Shown here one piece after another: positions 28,120 to 41,100 of a DNA stretch of 64,000 nucleotides. The notes below the pieces were generated by a model. The model searched no databases. It worked only from the letters and a program-made list of their open reading frames with translations, and was not told where the DNA came from. Made by a program: the position numbers and the translations under genes. The DNA lies in contig OX597816.1 in NCBI GenBank assembly GCA_951406725.2, positions 31,434,001-31,498,000 on the forward strand, given 5' to 3'. The number at the start of each line of letters is the position of its first letter. Positions within the stretch are counted from its first letter, which is position 1. The DNA comes from Octopus vulgaris (taxonomy: Eukaryota).

Positions 28120-29149
28120 AGAGAAAGGTTTTCATATATATTTACACATTCGTGTAAATTGTGTTTGTGCGATAGTCATTTGCATGGTATGTTTTCATCA
28201 ATACCTAGGAATTTATAGCACATTTAACGTGACATGTGAGATGAGGAAGTCTTAGACGCAGACAGTTAATTTTAATAAACAGATATTCTGTACGCAGCCA
28301 GCTATCGGGTATAAATCTATTCGCCTATCACAGTATTAATTAAACTAGAATGTAAATACTTTAGAATTTAATGTGTACTATACTTAATGTATCAGTCAAT
28401 CGGTAGATTTTCGTTAAAAAGTTTTCTACACATTACTACATCTCTTCTTTACCCAAATTTGCTACAGAAAGCTTTGTCTCTTCCTTACCCAAAATAAGGA
28501 GTTAGTGACCAAGAGGGCCCTACAATTGCTGGAGATAATGCTGTATTATTTTCACTCTTAAGTCTGCAAAAAGAAGAGAATATTATTGATTGTAGCACGT
28601 CTGGTAAACCATCGAAAATATAATTGCTGTGACAAAGTGAACCGGGTGCTAAACGAATCTACTGTTACCGTCACGGGAATCCGTATCATACGCGTGAGCA
28701 ACACCACTGATCATAACAAGAGAAAAAAGGAAAAGCAAGAAATATCACATCCTATAGTTAGTACATTTAAGTAAAGTATACATTTGCTAATAAATATCAG
28801 CATGAAAGTTTTATGTAAATCTGTTAGTGTACATAATGCTAGGGGGAATTGTAGCTCAGTCTTATGGTAATCCTTTCTGTAACTATTATACAAATACTTG
28901 GAACAACAATTGTAATTCTTTACATTCCGTAAAAATTCTACGTTTGGAAAATTGTTAATCCATGTTCACGGTGATTTCTATTCTCATACCTGTAATGACT
29001 AATCTAATGACAACCTTGAAGAAGTGAGTCTTTGGGGCTGAATTATCGGATTACAAATTAAACGAATGGCGCATTGATGCAAACAAATCGGAACGTATTA
29101 TTGACAGAAGAATTCCAACGAATGCAAACGTCATAAACGCCATTGTAAT

Positions 29150-29465
29150 TATGACGATGACGACGATAACAGCGGTGATGACGGCGATAATGGAGTCGAC
29201 GACGACTACAACGGCAACGCGACGACGACAAGGAAGAGGATGATGATGATGGTGACGCTTATGATGACGCTGATGTCAATGGTGATGGCGATTACGAAGA
29301 TAATTGCGTATTAGTGTTGATGACAATGACGACAGTGCTATTGACGATGTTAATGATAGTAGTGCCTGTTCAGTTGATGAGAGTAACGATGCTGTTCATG
29401 ACAATAATGGTATTCAGAATGATGACGATGATGATGATGATGATTGCGATGATGACGACGAGATG
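29150..29465. repeat. Degenerate (GAT/GAC)n low-complexity tract
   Basis: Mixed GAY triplets with frame shifts. Confidence 0.85.
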
Positions 29466-29849
29466 GTAACAAAGGTGGTGATGGTTACGAGAAGCAATCA
29501 AACCAAACCAGCTCTAACTAAATAATACATTATGAGTCCACTCTTTCCTAGCGAGTTAACATCTTAGTTATAACGATTCTTTAAAGCGTGAATATACTGA
29601 TTTCTGTAAAGTAATTAGATTCCTCCAGACATGCATAAAATTGTAAACAAGAAAGGAACACAATATACACGCACACACAAATACGTTATGTATCTGTCTG
29701 TGCAGACACACCACAAACGCAGGAAAACACACTCATATATATGTATGCATATATATATATATTTATATATATATATATGTACTTATACACACACATATAT
29801 ATATACCTATTTTTGTATAAATATTTATGCATACGTACACACACACATA

Positions 29850-29915
<66 letters not shown>

Positions 29916-30101
29916 AGGTCTGTATGTATATGGAGTGTATACACATCGAATGATTAGTTTAAATATGTCGTATTTGCACAGACTTTCTGAGTGCGTACGG
30001 TTTTGCTTATCTATTATCGCACATGCTGTAGCACACGTATATTACACACATAAACACGCTGACAGAGCCACACGAATAAAAACTAACATACATAGATGCA
30101 T

Positions 30102-30151
<50 letters not shown>

Positions 30152-30156
<5 letters not shown>

Positions 30157-30236
30157 TCAACTGAGGGGGAAATCATCATGGTGGTGATCAGAAAAGGAGT
30201 ACACACACACACACACGTATATATATATATGATTTA

Positions 30237-30291
<55 letters not shown>

Positions 30292-30393
30292 GCATATATA
30301 AATCATATATGTATATATGTGTGTGTGGGTGTGGGTGTGGGTGTACCCCTTTTCTGATCACCACCATGATGATTATCCCCTCAGTTGAACTTT
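30152..30393. repeat. ~55-bp inverted repeat pair enclosing microsatellites
   Basis: AAAGTTCAACTGAGGGGGAAATCATCATGGTGGTGATCAGAAAAGGAGTACAC (30152-) versus GTGTACCCCTTTTCTGATCACCACCATGATGATTATCCCCTCAGTTGAACTTT (-30393). Confidence 0.9.
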
Positions 30394-30467
30394 CAAGTTC
30401 TATACCGGTATGATTTGTGTATATGTCTGTATGTTCTTGTGTGCGTGTGTGTGAGTGTGAATGTGTT

Positions 30468-30516
<49 letters not shown>

Positions 30517-30544
30517 TTGGTGCATTTACAATTATCTGTAAGAA

Positions 30545-32420
30545 GATTACTTCTTGAAATGTTCGAACGTTAGCCGATAATGTAGAACCTTTTCCTAAGA
30601 CTAAAATAGCTATTCTTGTTAACGGTCTATAAAAAATATTGTGTAGGTATGGCAGCACCCTCAAAGGCCCGCTTATTGGGTGATATGTCAGTTGTGAGAA
30701 TTACGTGGTGAGTTTCAGGATTTGCCATTCGGAAAATGAGGCATCGTCAATGTTGAGCGATTTACCCAAGCGTATTAATGTGAGAATCATGTCTCTCAGG
30801 ATGAAATTCAGAGAATTATCTTTATGGGACAAGTATAAGTACACACGCACCGACTCTAGAAAGAAGTGAAAATGCAAATATATACTCTCTGAAGCTTGAA
30901 ATGAGTGTGTGCATTGTATAACCAAGTTTGACTTTAATGCTACAGATAACACCGAATTGAATACATGGAGATTTCTGGGAAAGTATGGAGTTGGGAAAAT
31001 GAACTGGTTTGTTACTCATTTAACTTTGCATCGAGACGGACTTACTTTGGACATTAATAACGTTTCGCTACAACAAAGTTGGATCGTCGATCCAAGCATT
31101 GGCATTTAATTGATTTTGCAATTGTTAGGCAAAGACATATACAAGTGTATTTAATGTGCATTCCTCAAAAGAAGCTCAGTATTGGTCAGATCACACACTA
31201 GATAAAGTAAAAAGGAAAATGATAGTACGTAATAAGCAAAGACGGTCTTACAAAAATAAAACCCATTTCGAAAGCATAGTATTGTAGGGAAGATTAAATA
31301 TCTTGTTATGCATGATGTTTTAAAAGAACATCTTTCATAAATTAAGGATCTTCACGAGGAGAACCCCAAAATATTGTATAAATTATCCCTTCTAAAATTC
31401 TTAATTTTTCTTAAATCCCTGAAAATCGGGCTTGATTTGGTGAAAATAATATAGAGATAACTCTACATCTTGAGAAGATATCTGCACAGAGAAAACCACT
31501 TGATGAGAATAATTCGTCCTATATTAAATGCAGAGATACAAGATTAGTTCATATGCGTTAAAGCAGAACTAGAGAGAGCAATTTGAGATATAAAAATGAT
31601 TAGTTGTCGGATTCATCAAAATATACTCAGTCAGACAGTGTTGGCCTCTTTTACAAAATGTGTTTTTAAAGGGTATGGTCCTAAATTACACAAGTACACG
31701 CAAGGAATGGAAAAACATACTTTACGTAAATAGAAGGGATTATAAAATAATTAAAGTAGCATTTTTTTTCTAATTTATAACAGAATTCTAATGTCCATGT
31801 TGAAATCATCGCCAATTTTTAGCAAATGCTAACTTTTGAATTATATATCTATTCAGTTGCAATGGTCCAAATCTCCATTAGTAAACATAGTCATAAAAAA
31901 CCACCAAGAATAGATGGAATCGTAGCAGGCATTTTCGGATGTGGAGGTTGCCATGTAGCAAAAGTAATGCATAAAATAATTTCTGATGTATGGAAGACAG
32001 GAGCAGTATCAAAAGCTTGCCGTGATGATGTTATAATCGCCATTTATAAGAGGAAATGTGTTCAAGATGTGGACATTCAAGAAGAATCACGCACATAACC
32101 TCCGCCGGTATTGTACGATTAAACGAAATAAGTTCACTGAATGTTCTTCCAGAATCTCAATGTGATTTTAGAACAAATAGAAAGACCGAAGTTATGATAT
32201 TGTCAGGCATGCATGTGCAAGAAGAGTATCGAGAACAAAATCTAGATTTATTTACGTTCTTCATATTGATTTCACATAAGCTTTCGGCACATGTACCGTG
32301 GGATATTTTGCATATACCTAGCTGCCCTTTTCATGCAAAAAACATGATAAGGTCTTTTCTAGATGATATGAACTCATTTGTTAAAGGCGGAGAAGTTTTT
32401 TTTAGAATAATTTACAGTTG
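30545..32420 (+). mobile_element. RTE-clade (BovB-like) LINE relic, APE endonuclease plus RT N-terminus
   Basis: S*NVRTLAD (cf. WNVRTL); DFNA..WRFLGKYGVGKMN; KPPRIDGIVAGIFGCGG..VWKTGAVSKACRDDVIIAIYKRK; VLPESQCDFR..VQEEYREQNLDL (cf. LPESQCGFR..LQEKCREQ). Confidence 0.85.
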
Positions 32421-33391
32421 AAACATAAAAGTGAAGCATAAAAGAAAAGTACTTCGAAAAATAATACTGGGTGAATGGTGAGAACAAAATACATAAATTT
32501 TGAAAGATAGGATAAAAGGAGGAGGAATGAATAAATGAGAAGACGCACTCCATCTGAGATTTAACTAATAAATTTAGTGGAAAACAGATTGAAATATTGT
32601 CATTTTATATTATTGATGCAGCTGCTGAACCGCAAGTCAGGTCTAGTCTAGCAGAACTCTGGACTAGTGAGGCCTGTGAGATATTCCAACAGTATCTGAG
32701 CAATATATGTCCTTTAACTTTTAAAGCTGATAGCTATGATTCCAAAAAGATTTGTTGGCTATTTTCGTGCACATTCATCGATCGCTGTTCAGGTAGGACG
32801 CTAAGAAATTAAAATAAGTGGAAAACCTGTATGAATGAGTTTGTATGTACCAGAACGTGTGCAAGCTTACATTTATATCTAAGTGTAGGTATTGTGTGGG
32901 AGTGTGCGTTTGGGTGCATGGTTGAATGTGAATGCATGTATATGTATATGGTATGCTGATTGTTGGTGCGATGCATTAAATCTACAACACTTAAAGTATC
33001 CCCTACAAATTGAATGAATCACGTAATTGCATTTTTACATTCTGCTGAGACATCTACTTACAGGTAACGTTCCCCCTCTCTCACTCTCCCTCACACACAC
33101 AAACACGCTGTACTGTATATTTGATTCTTATTTATTACTTTTATTACTTGTATATATTCATTTTGATCTAAATGCAAAACAACCCAGTATAAGAACCCAC
33201 GTAAGCCTAAGTAATGAACCGCAATATGGTGAGGGGTTACTATATGTATATATATATATATATTTATTTTGTAAAAATATTATAATATATTATAAAATAT
33301 TATAATAATCCAGGTTTCTCGGAGCACTGGGCCACTTGGTGTTGAATAGATATACTATTAAATTAGTATCTAATTCTCTCACCCTTATTAA

Positions 33392-33600
<209 letters not shown>

Positions 33601-33838
33601 ATAGATATTACATATTATTATAAATATCAGCAAATCAATATTCTAAAATTCTTCAGAAAGATATATGTGTAAAATAATTCTTGTATTAAAAACATAATTA
33701 TGTATAAGTATAAAACATATAATAATAACTTTAAAACTTTAAGTTTTTAAAATATCACCACATATTTAGCAGATTATGCATTAAAATATCTATTATTGCC
33801 TGTTCTAATAAAAGAAAATTAACAAACATAAAAACAGC

Positions 33839-33911
<73 letters not shown>

Positions 33912-34863
33912 TTCATAATAATAATAATATCAAGATATGAAGTAGCAATAGGGGTAAATATAATGCTCAAAATACTGCAGACAACTAACAATAATACTGA
34001 TATAACAAAACCCCAGCAAAATTCTTGCATTTGAAAATATACAAAATGCCTTAGATAATACAATAACACAAGCTAATAAAAACAAAAATTATAATTCACA
34101 AACAATTAATGTATCTAAGTCAACGATAGATAATATCACAATAAATTCAATAATTATACCATACACCACAAATAAGTATAACTATAGTAGACAATATTCA
34201 TCTGAACAGAAATATTAAAATTAAAATAAATACTGCTCATGTAAAAAAGAAAAACTTATCTGCCCTTTAAAAGGCACTTATAGAAAATTTAACGTTATAT
34301 ACAAATGCATAACTATATTAATTAATTATTCATGTATTATGGTATATATAGGTAGTTCCCTTAATTTTTAACAAAGGTATTTAGCACACATACAAATATA
34401 GCTATCAATACCCCAAGGAATCACTATATATATATTATTATATGAACATAAGAACTTAATAAATTGTCAGAAGCACATTCAGCATGTAGGCATAGTTTTT
34501 ATAAAACCTTTAAATGTTATAGGAGATCTGATAAAGATTTAGATTAGTGACTATAAATATGTTTTTTTTCTTTCCTTTTTGAGATATCAAAATATAAGGT
34601 CATATTATGAATAGATTGATAGATAAATTAATTAGAATTATTTGACTATACATACATTAACATGACATGAATTATACATTAAATGAATATTGAATAGTTA
34701 TTGTTGGAATTAGAACACGTGCCCATCTAATCCAGAAGAAATAAAAAGTTATAATTGCCTTAAATTTAAAAATCTAAACATTTTAATTGCTATATTCCAA
34801 TTATACAAATAAAAATATAAAAGAAATACTTTGAGAAACTTATAATTTTATAATTTCACAACT

Positions 34864-35485
34864 CTATGGAGTATATTTGGAATACAGGAAAACATAATGG
34901 ATTTTATACATAATTATTATGGATTACTACAGAAGACTTACCAAGGAGGCAAACATGAATTTCAAGATTCTCAAACTAAAGTGCACTTAGCAAAATCAAA
35001 AGCAGTAATTTTAAATTTATATTTCAAGCAAACACCATTTTCTTATATTAATTCATGATTTTAAAACATTACCATTCGTAAAATTATACAAATTTCACAT
35101 TTGATATTTCTGAGGAGCAGAAGAGTTATCTATAAATGCTTATCAATATAGGATTCCATTATTCTATATTATCTAAGTCCATGAACTATATTTGGAATAC
35201 AGGAGAATATAATGGATATGAAACATAACTATTATGGATTATTACAGAATAATAACCGAGGAAGAATATATGGATTTAAAGACTCTCATACCAAAGTGTA
35301 CTTACCAAAAATCAAATGCATTAATTTTTAATTTTTAATTTATATTTCAAACAAACACCATTTTCCCATATTACTTCATATTAAAAAAAAAATACCATTC
35401 GATAAATTGTATAAATTTCACATTTTATATATCGGAAGAACGGAAGATATGTCTATAAATGCTAATCAATATAGGATTCCATTAT
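34864..35485. repeat. Diverged tandem duplication, ~315-bp period
   Basis: Both copies start ..TATATTTGGAATACAGGA (34864 and 35179) and end TCAATATAGGATTCCATTAT. Confidence 0.9.
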
Positions 35486-35822
35486 AGGAACATCACTTCT
35501 GTGAAACGATTGTAAGATGCTTTAAAAACTTAATTCGAAACTTTTCAACGGCCATTTAAAAATATTTATACTTATACATATTCATATATATCTGTATAAT
35601 GTTATTTTTAATACAATAATTATTTTACACACGTATATATCTTTCTGAAGAATTTTCTAATATTGATTTCCTGATATTAATAATAATATATTATCTAACA
35701 GATATATAATCGCTCGTATTAAATACATAAATACTTTAATTGTATTAATACTTTGAAACAATAGGGCACTCAATATAAATTCAGTATATAATATCCTTAT
35801 TGAATATAATTAACTAATGATT

Positions 35823-35895
<73 letters not shown>

Positions 35896-36649
35896 TGTAA
35901 ACAATGTTAGCAGTTATAATAAAAGTTTAAGGGATAAGATATTTGTATTTACTGTAGGTATCTGTTCCTAGTGTTATTCTTGGACATTGGTCGGCAGGCA
36001 CACTAGACACGCAGGGTGTAGGTAACAACATGATAAATATGTGTCTATCATGAAACAAATGCAAATAATCAGAAAATGTAGAGAACCTCACTTTAACAAA
36101 CACCTCCGTTGGACCACATTTCTAGATTATATTTTATATATAATCTAGATTATATTTTATATTTATGGTGTAACAAATAGGTGAGGTAAAGAATCTTCAT
36201 AGTATTGTAGGAAGACATAACAGGTGGCAATATGACGCAATTGTCATTTGCCCGCACAAACATAATTGTTGGTAATCACTTTGGTTAAAATTACTGCCTA
36301 TATTTGAAATCTAAACTTTCGTGAAAGGAAATTCTTTCACGAAATGCGGTTTTAGAATTCAGATATGGGCAGTTATAAAAACCCTGATTTTGGGGCAATT
36401 AATCAGTGTTGGATGTTACTAAACTCTACGATACTCACTCATTGAGATATTGGCTATTTTTTGTCATGTCTATTATAAAAATCCAACAAGACTTGTTTGA
36501 ATTGCTGTAGACTCTAGTAGTTAGTATGAAGAATTAGCTAGTGTGAATTTTATGTCGTAATTCTCTACGACAAAATGACTTTGCTTTCCAGTTGTTCTAT
36601 AACTGCTAATGGTAGAAAAATAAATTATGTAGTAATTATTGTATCTTTC

Positions 36650-36830
36650 TTCACGTTATTCAAATTGTTAATGGAACTAATGTCTGCAATTATGAAACTG
36701 TGTTACTTCTTATAGGCGGTTTGGTTACTGTTTGTGTAACACTACATTCATATGACTTTCTATAGTCGCAGACGATATTCTCGTTGCTAGTCTGTCAGAA
36801 GAACTGCATGAAAATCACTCCCAGGCGAAT
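36650..36830 (+). mobile_element. Ty3/Gypsy RT fragment, cut at 36830 by the hammerhead element
   Basis: VADDILVASLSEELHENH matches the Gypsy YxDDILVASxSxEEHxxHL motif. Weaker similarity may extend upstream. Confidence 0.55.
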
Positions 36831-37577
36831 CCTCGTCAGTAACCGGCCTAAACAACTAGATTATAACTCAGAGACAAGATAACACGTGTCCCATCATTAT
36901 ATGCTATAATTTTTCAAATATCGCGCGTAGGCGTATTTACAGTCAGCAATAGATACAATGCCGAGCTGAAACTTCGAAAATGCTAAGAACATATTCATAA
37001 GGTACATATATATACAGGGTGGCGAATACTCGTTATAAATATCACCACCAGTAGCCTAGCATGTATAAAAAGTTAATAGACAACATATGCGTATTTCAAA
37101 ATAGAAAATTACCCTTTAACAGGTAATTTTACATGCTAGAAATAGCAGCCAAATCGGCCAAAAAGCACAATTTTATAGCAAATTTCGAAGTAAATGAAAA
37201 ATAAAAACCTTTATCTTTATCTTGTCTCTGAGCTAAATGCTAGTTGTTTAGGCCGGTTACTGACAAGGATTCGCCTGGGAGATAATATGGTCTTGCTAAA
37301 TTATCTATTAAAATATAGCAAACGATATTATTCGCTAAAGTAACCCGAAACCATGTTATAACCGTTATATAACAAGGTAAAGGTTTTTATTTTTCATTTA
37401 ATTCGAAATTTGCTATAAAATTGTGGTTTTTGGCCGTGTTGGCTGCTATTTCTAGCATGTAAAATTACCTGTCAAAGGGTAATTTTCTATTTTGAAATAC
37501 GAATATGTTGTCTATTGACTTTTTTATACATGCTAGGCCACTAGTGGTGATATATATATAATGAGTATTCGCCACCC

Positions 37578-37582
<5 letters not shown>
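36829..37582. mobile_element. Non-coding hammerhead-bearing element (pLTR/retrozyme-like), head-to-head arms, ~480-nt monomer
   Basis: 37015-37213 is the reverse complement of 37378-37580, and 36829-~36885 is the reverse complement of 37218-37281. Hammerhead at 37254-37364. Ends at (TA)n. Confidence 0.8.
37254..37364 (+). ncRNA. Type I hammerhead ribozyme motif with ~80-nt stem II
   Basis: CGGTTA CTGACAA [GGATT..ATAATATGGT.TTGCTA..TAGCAA.ACGATATTAT..AACCC] GAAA CCATGT TA^ TAACCG. Stem I is a perfect CGGTTA/TAACCG helix. The inverted sister copy (TCGTCAG, ~36833-36839) retains canonical CTGACGA. Confidence 0.8.
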
Positions 37583-37635
<53 letters not shown>

Positions 37636-38252
37636 GGTACACACACATATGTATATATGCATATGTATATGCATATTACGTGCTTGATGCAGAAAGTATC
37701 CTTGAAGAAAGGAAAATAGAGGCTGGTGTTACTATATATTTTTATTTTCCCTGTAATTGTTTCATACTTTTGACTTTTTACGAAGTACATCATCTGCACG
37801 AATTTTGGCGTAATTCCAAATTCCAGGATCGGCTTTACGGTTTGCAATACCATGTTTTCCCTTTAATTGTATTTTGTTCCTCCCGTCTGTAAATATATAT
37901 AAATATCTATAGGTTTTATGCCCGAATGTTCATCGTCGAAATATTTTCAGTTATAATTTTTGTCTCTTTATTCCATGTTCATATGCATGTATATTTTATA
38001 TATCTAACCGATGCAGATTTATTTGTTTCTTTCCGTCAATATGCATCATTATCTCCAAATGCACTTATCTGGATTACTCGTTTATCAACTCTCTCATTAA
38101 GGGTGTTAGTCCTTGGAAATGATATCGGAGTGTAAGTTAGAAACATTTGACACTCTCAAGTCTTTTCTATACTGAGCATCTCGTGATCTTATTTGTTGGA
38201 TATATATGTATATGTGTGAATGCAATCACGAGTGCACGCGCGAGCGTTTGGA

Positions 38253-38295
<43 letters not shown>

Positions 38296-38303
<8 letters not shown>

Positions 38304-39002
38304 TTGAGGATAAAATCTATAAAAGAAAATATCAGTAGTCAGCGTGAAAAACCTCGTAAGAGAAAAAAATCCGTAAATTCTTCCTCTTTGAAAATATTCA
38401 TTTATATTATATTGAGGGCACTACTATTCGTAGATACCAACACGCTGAGGGACCAATGCGGTCAAAACTACTAAAAATAAACAAAATTTTACCGAATGCA
38501 AAACTTCAAAACACATCATTTTAAAAATATAAATGAATATTTTCAAAGAGGAAGAATTTACGGATTTTTTCTCTTACGAGGTTTTTCACGCTGACTACTG
38601 ATAATTTCTTTTAAAGATTTTATCCTCAATTGTTAATTTATATTTTTCACCGGAATAGTTCAATACTGAATTTTTTTATTCCGAATAGACAATTTTCACC
38701 GAAATGCATTGCGAATAAGCCCGCCATTTTCATAGACATGTAAAGATAAACATTCGGACATGCTACGACGAATTCTACGGTTGGCTATCGAGCTTGTAAT
38801 GTTATGTTTTTCTCCTATATTTCTTGAGTTTGTTGCACTGATGAACATAAAATGCATATTCTGCATTTAAATGCGAAATCACATGTGATATGTAACTGAA
38901 TTCTTTTATAAAATGATGTGTTTTGAAGTTTTGCATTCGGTAAAATTTTGTTTATTTTTAGTAGTTTTGACCGCATTGGTCCCTCTTAGCGTGTTGGTAT
39001 CT

Positions 39003-39004
<2 letters not shown>
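38296..39004. mobile_element. Non-coding hammerhead-bearing element (pLTR/retrozyme-like), head-to-head arms, ~500-nt monomer, inside (TA)n
   Basis: 38302-38409 is the reverse complement of ~38525-38631, and 38431-38523 is the reverse complement of 38909-39003. Hammerhead at 38832-38896. (TA)n on both sides. Confidence 0.85.
38832..38896 (+). ncRNA. Type I hammerhead ribozyme, near-canonical core
   Basis: GTTGCA CTGATGA [ACAT-AAAATGCA TATTC TGCATTTA-AATGC] GAAA TCACATGTGA TA^ TGTAAC. Stem I GTTGCA/TGTAAC extends via GAGTT/AATTC. Stem III is the 12-nt palindrome ATCACATGTGAT. Only the 10.1-11.1 pair (A.C) is non-canonical. Confidence 0.88.
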
Positions 39005-39036
<32 letters not shown>

Positions 39037-40041
39037 CTGATAGATATTTTAGGAATTGACTTTTCAAGAATATGACAAATATAAATGCTGTTTCAAATTT
39101 ATTTCATTGTATATAATATTTATTAACGTTTAATATCATCATTTGTCTTCATTTCCATGTTTGAGCCCATATCCACACACGCCGGTATAATCATTAAAAT
39201 ACCTCCCCTATGTCACCCTGTACCTTGATTATAGGACACGCATTCTTTGATTCTGTTGATTTCTACAAACAAATGTCCAACTCCACATATGGTTTGCGAT
39301 GATATATTGGATTATATCGTGCTCGCATTGGACCATCAGTATTGTTTCCACCAACGGAATGTTAAGCTGTAAATTCTTTCGAAACTAAAATTGAATTCGG
39401 AATGTAAATTCATATAACTAAGAAGTGTAAACTAATTTTATTTTTCATCATGTATATGTTTTTTGATATTTTTAAAATCTAGATTATACTTTCTCTACTA
39501 GGTGCACCTAAATACCATTCACAGATATTGCATCAAATTATTCAACCTATTATTTAAATATACTTAACTTTTGTATGTTGTTCTATGAATTATTCAAAGA
39601 TGTCTTCTTAGACAGGGAATATATTCTTCAACATTAATTTTGAAATTTTAACAAAAACTTTTCTACTCTATACTCTTTCGGGGAAAATGTTTCCACAATT
39701 ACAGAGGATAAATTTCGTTTAGAAATATTATTTTCGAATGATATTTATTTTATACTCTCTTCTAGAAATGTGTACAATAATATATTTATTTCAATGTAAA
39801 TTATTTAGACTACAATAATTTTGACAGCTTAAGGCCTTCAAATGAAGTAAACATTATGACGAAAAAATTTTAATATGAAGTAGTGATTGTATTTTCTTTG
39901 TGTTTATGTTCTCTATCTTCGGGAGATTTACTTCTTACGTTTCCAAATATTTCAACAAAGATTTATAATCGTAATATACCTTTGTGAAAGAAAGAGTTAA
40001 ATTTTAGCAGATTATTTACTTATTGTGAATAAATTTATTGC

Positions 40042-40134
<93 letters not shown>

Positions 40135-40189
40135 CAGAGCTGTAGCCATGCTGAGGCACCGCCGCTTTGCCACACTGTTATTATTGAGA

Positions 40190-41100
40190 GCCTCCTTTAA
40201 TCTGTGACATTTGCAGAAATATGCGTTTGATGTCGCTACCCTCGTTTGCACATCTTGCTGCAAAGTAGGTTTATCTGAGACTCTCGACAAGAAGAGGTTC
40301 AGTTTTGATATGCAAATACCTACATCCACTTTATGTAGAACTCTCAGACTCTTTGGGAGAATATTAAATGACGCTGGTTATAGGTGAGGTGGCAAAAGAA
40401 TCCAATGGTTCGTTCACCTTTCTGCGTTCCAGTGGGGGTGGTAAAAAACACTTTCAATTGGTCATTCAGTATCACACTGATTCTGGTTGGACTATATGTG
40501 AGGGAGCCTTCTTTTTGCATAGTACTGAGGCTGTTAAGTTAACATGATGAAAGAAGGCCTTGGGCTTCACTTAATATTTTTATAACCCAGGCTTCTTTGA
40601 CTACTCCCTCCTTCCCATAGGATTGTTACAAGTTTTTTTCAATCTCTATCAGTGCTGATTTTTAGGCGAGGCCTTTCATTAATTTTGGAATGTTGGTTCA
40701 AGTGATTTTCAACTTTCGCCCGTCATCACCTGAGGATCTTCCTCTCCCTTGTAATCTTGTTCCATTTTTGTGTTGCCCTTGTGCTCTGGGACATATTTCT
40801 TGCTTGCATAACAGACATGAATTATTGTAGTTTCATGCCAATATCTTATCTTGAGAGACATGTTGGCCAGTCCTATTTGAGGATATCTTTTTGGATCAAT
40901 TTCCAGTCTGCTTCGTGGAAGTTCAGATTAGAGATATTTTGGGTGATTTTATTATGTTGTGATCCGAAACTAATGTCGACATCACTCGCATACCATGAAC
41001 GATGTCCATATTGATTGTACAGCAGAGATCCTAGTTTGTCTCAGCAGAACCTGCTCCATGGATATGGCAATTTCAAAACTCTGCTCGCAATAACAAGTGA
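40190..41100 (-). mobile_element. Probable Penelope-like RT relic
   Basis: Weak fragments such as GSLTYSPTRISVILN (cf. GSPTY..LxxIL); heavily decayed. Confidence 0.35.

Noticed and set aside
29304-29525. Asp-rich ORF resembling an acidic biomineralisation protein
   Set aside because: It lies in a degenerate GAY repeat with frame shifts, has no ATG start, and shows no signal peptide or convincing splice sites.
38444-38473. CTGAGGGACCAATGCGGTCAAAACTAC, a possible second hammerhead in the 38.3-kb element
   Set aside because: A GACC/GGTC hairpin exists, but both copies lack GAAA, a correct core and a stem I.
39150-39370. Protein-like minus-strand frames (also 14680-14900 + and 41363-41665 -)
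   Set aside because: Short or interrupted by stops, with no recognisable motif. Cannot be supported without a search.
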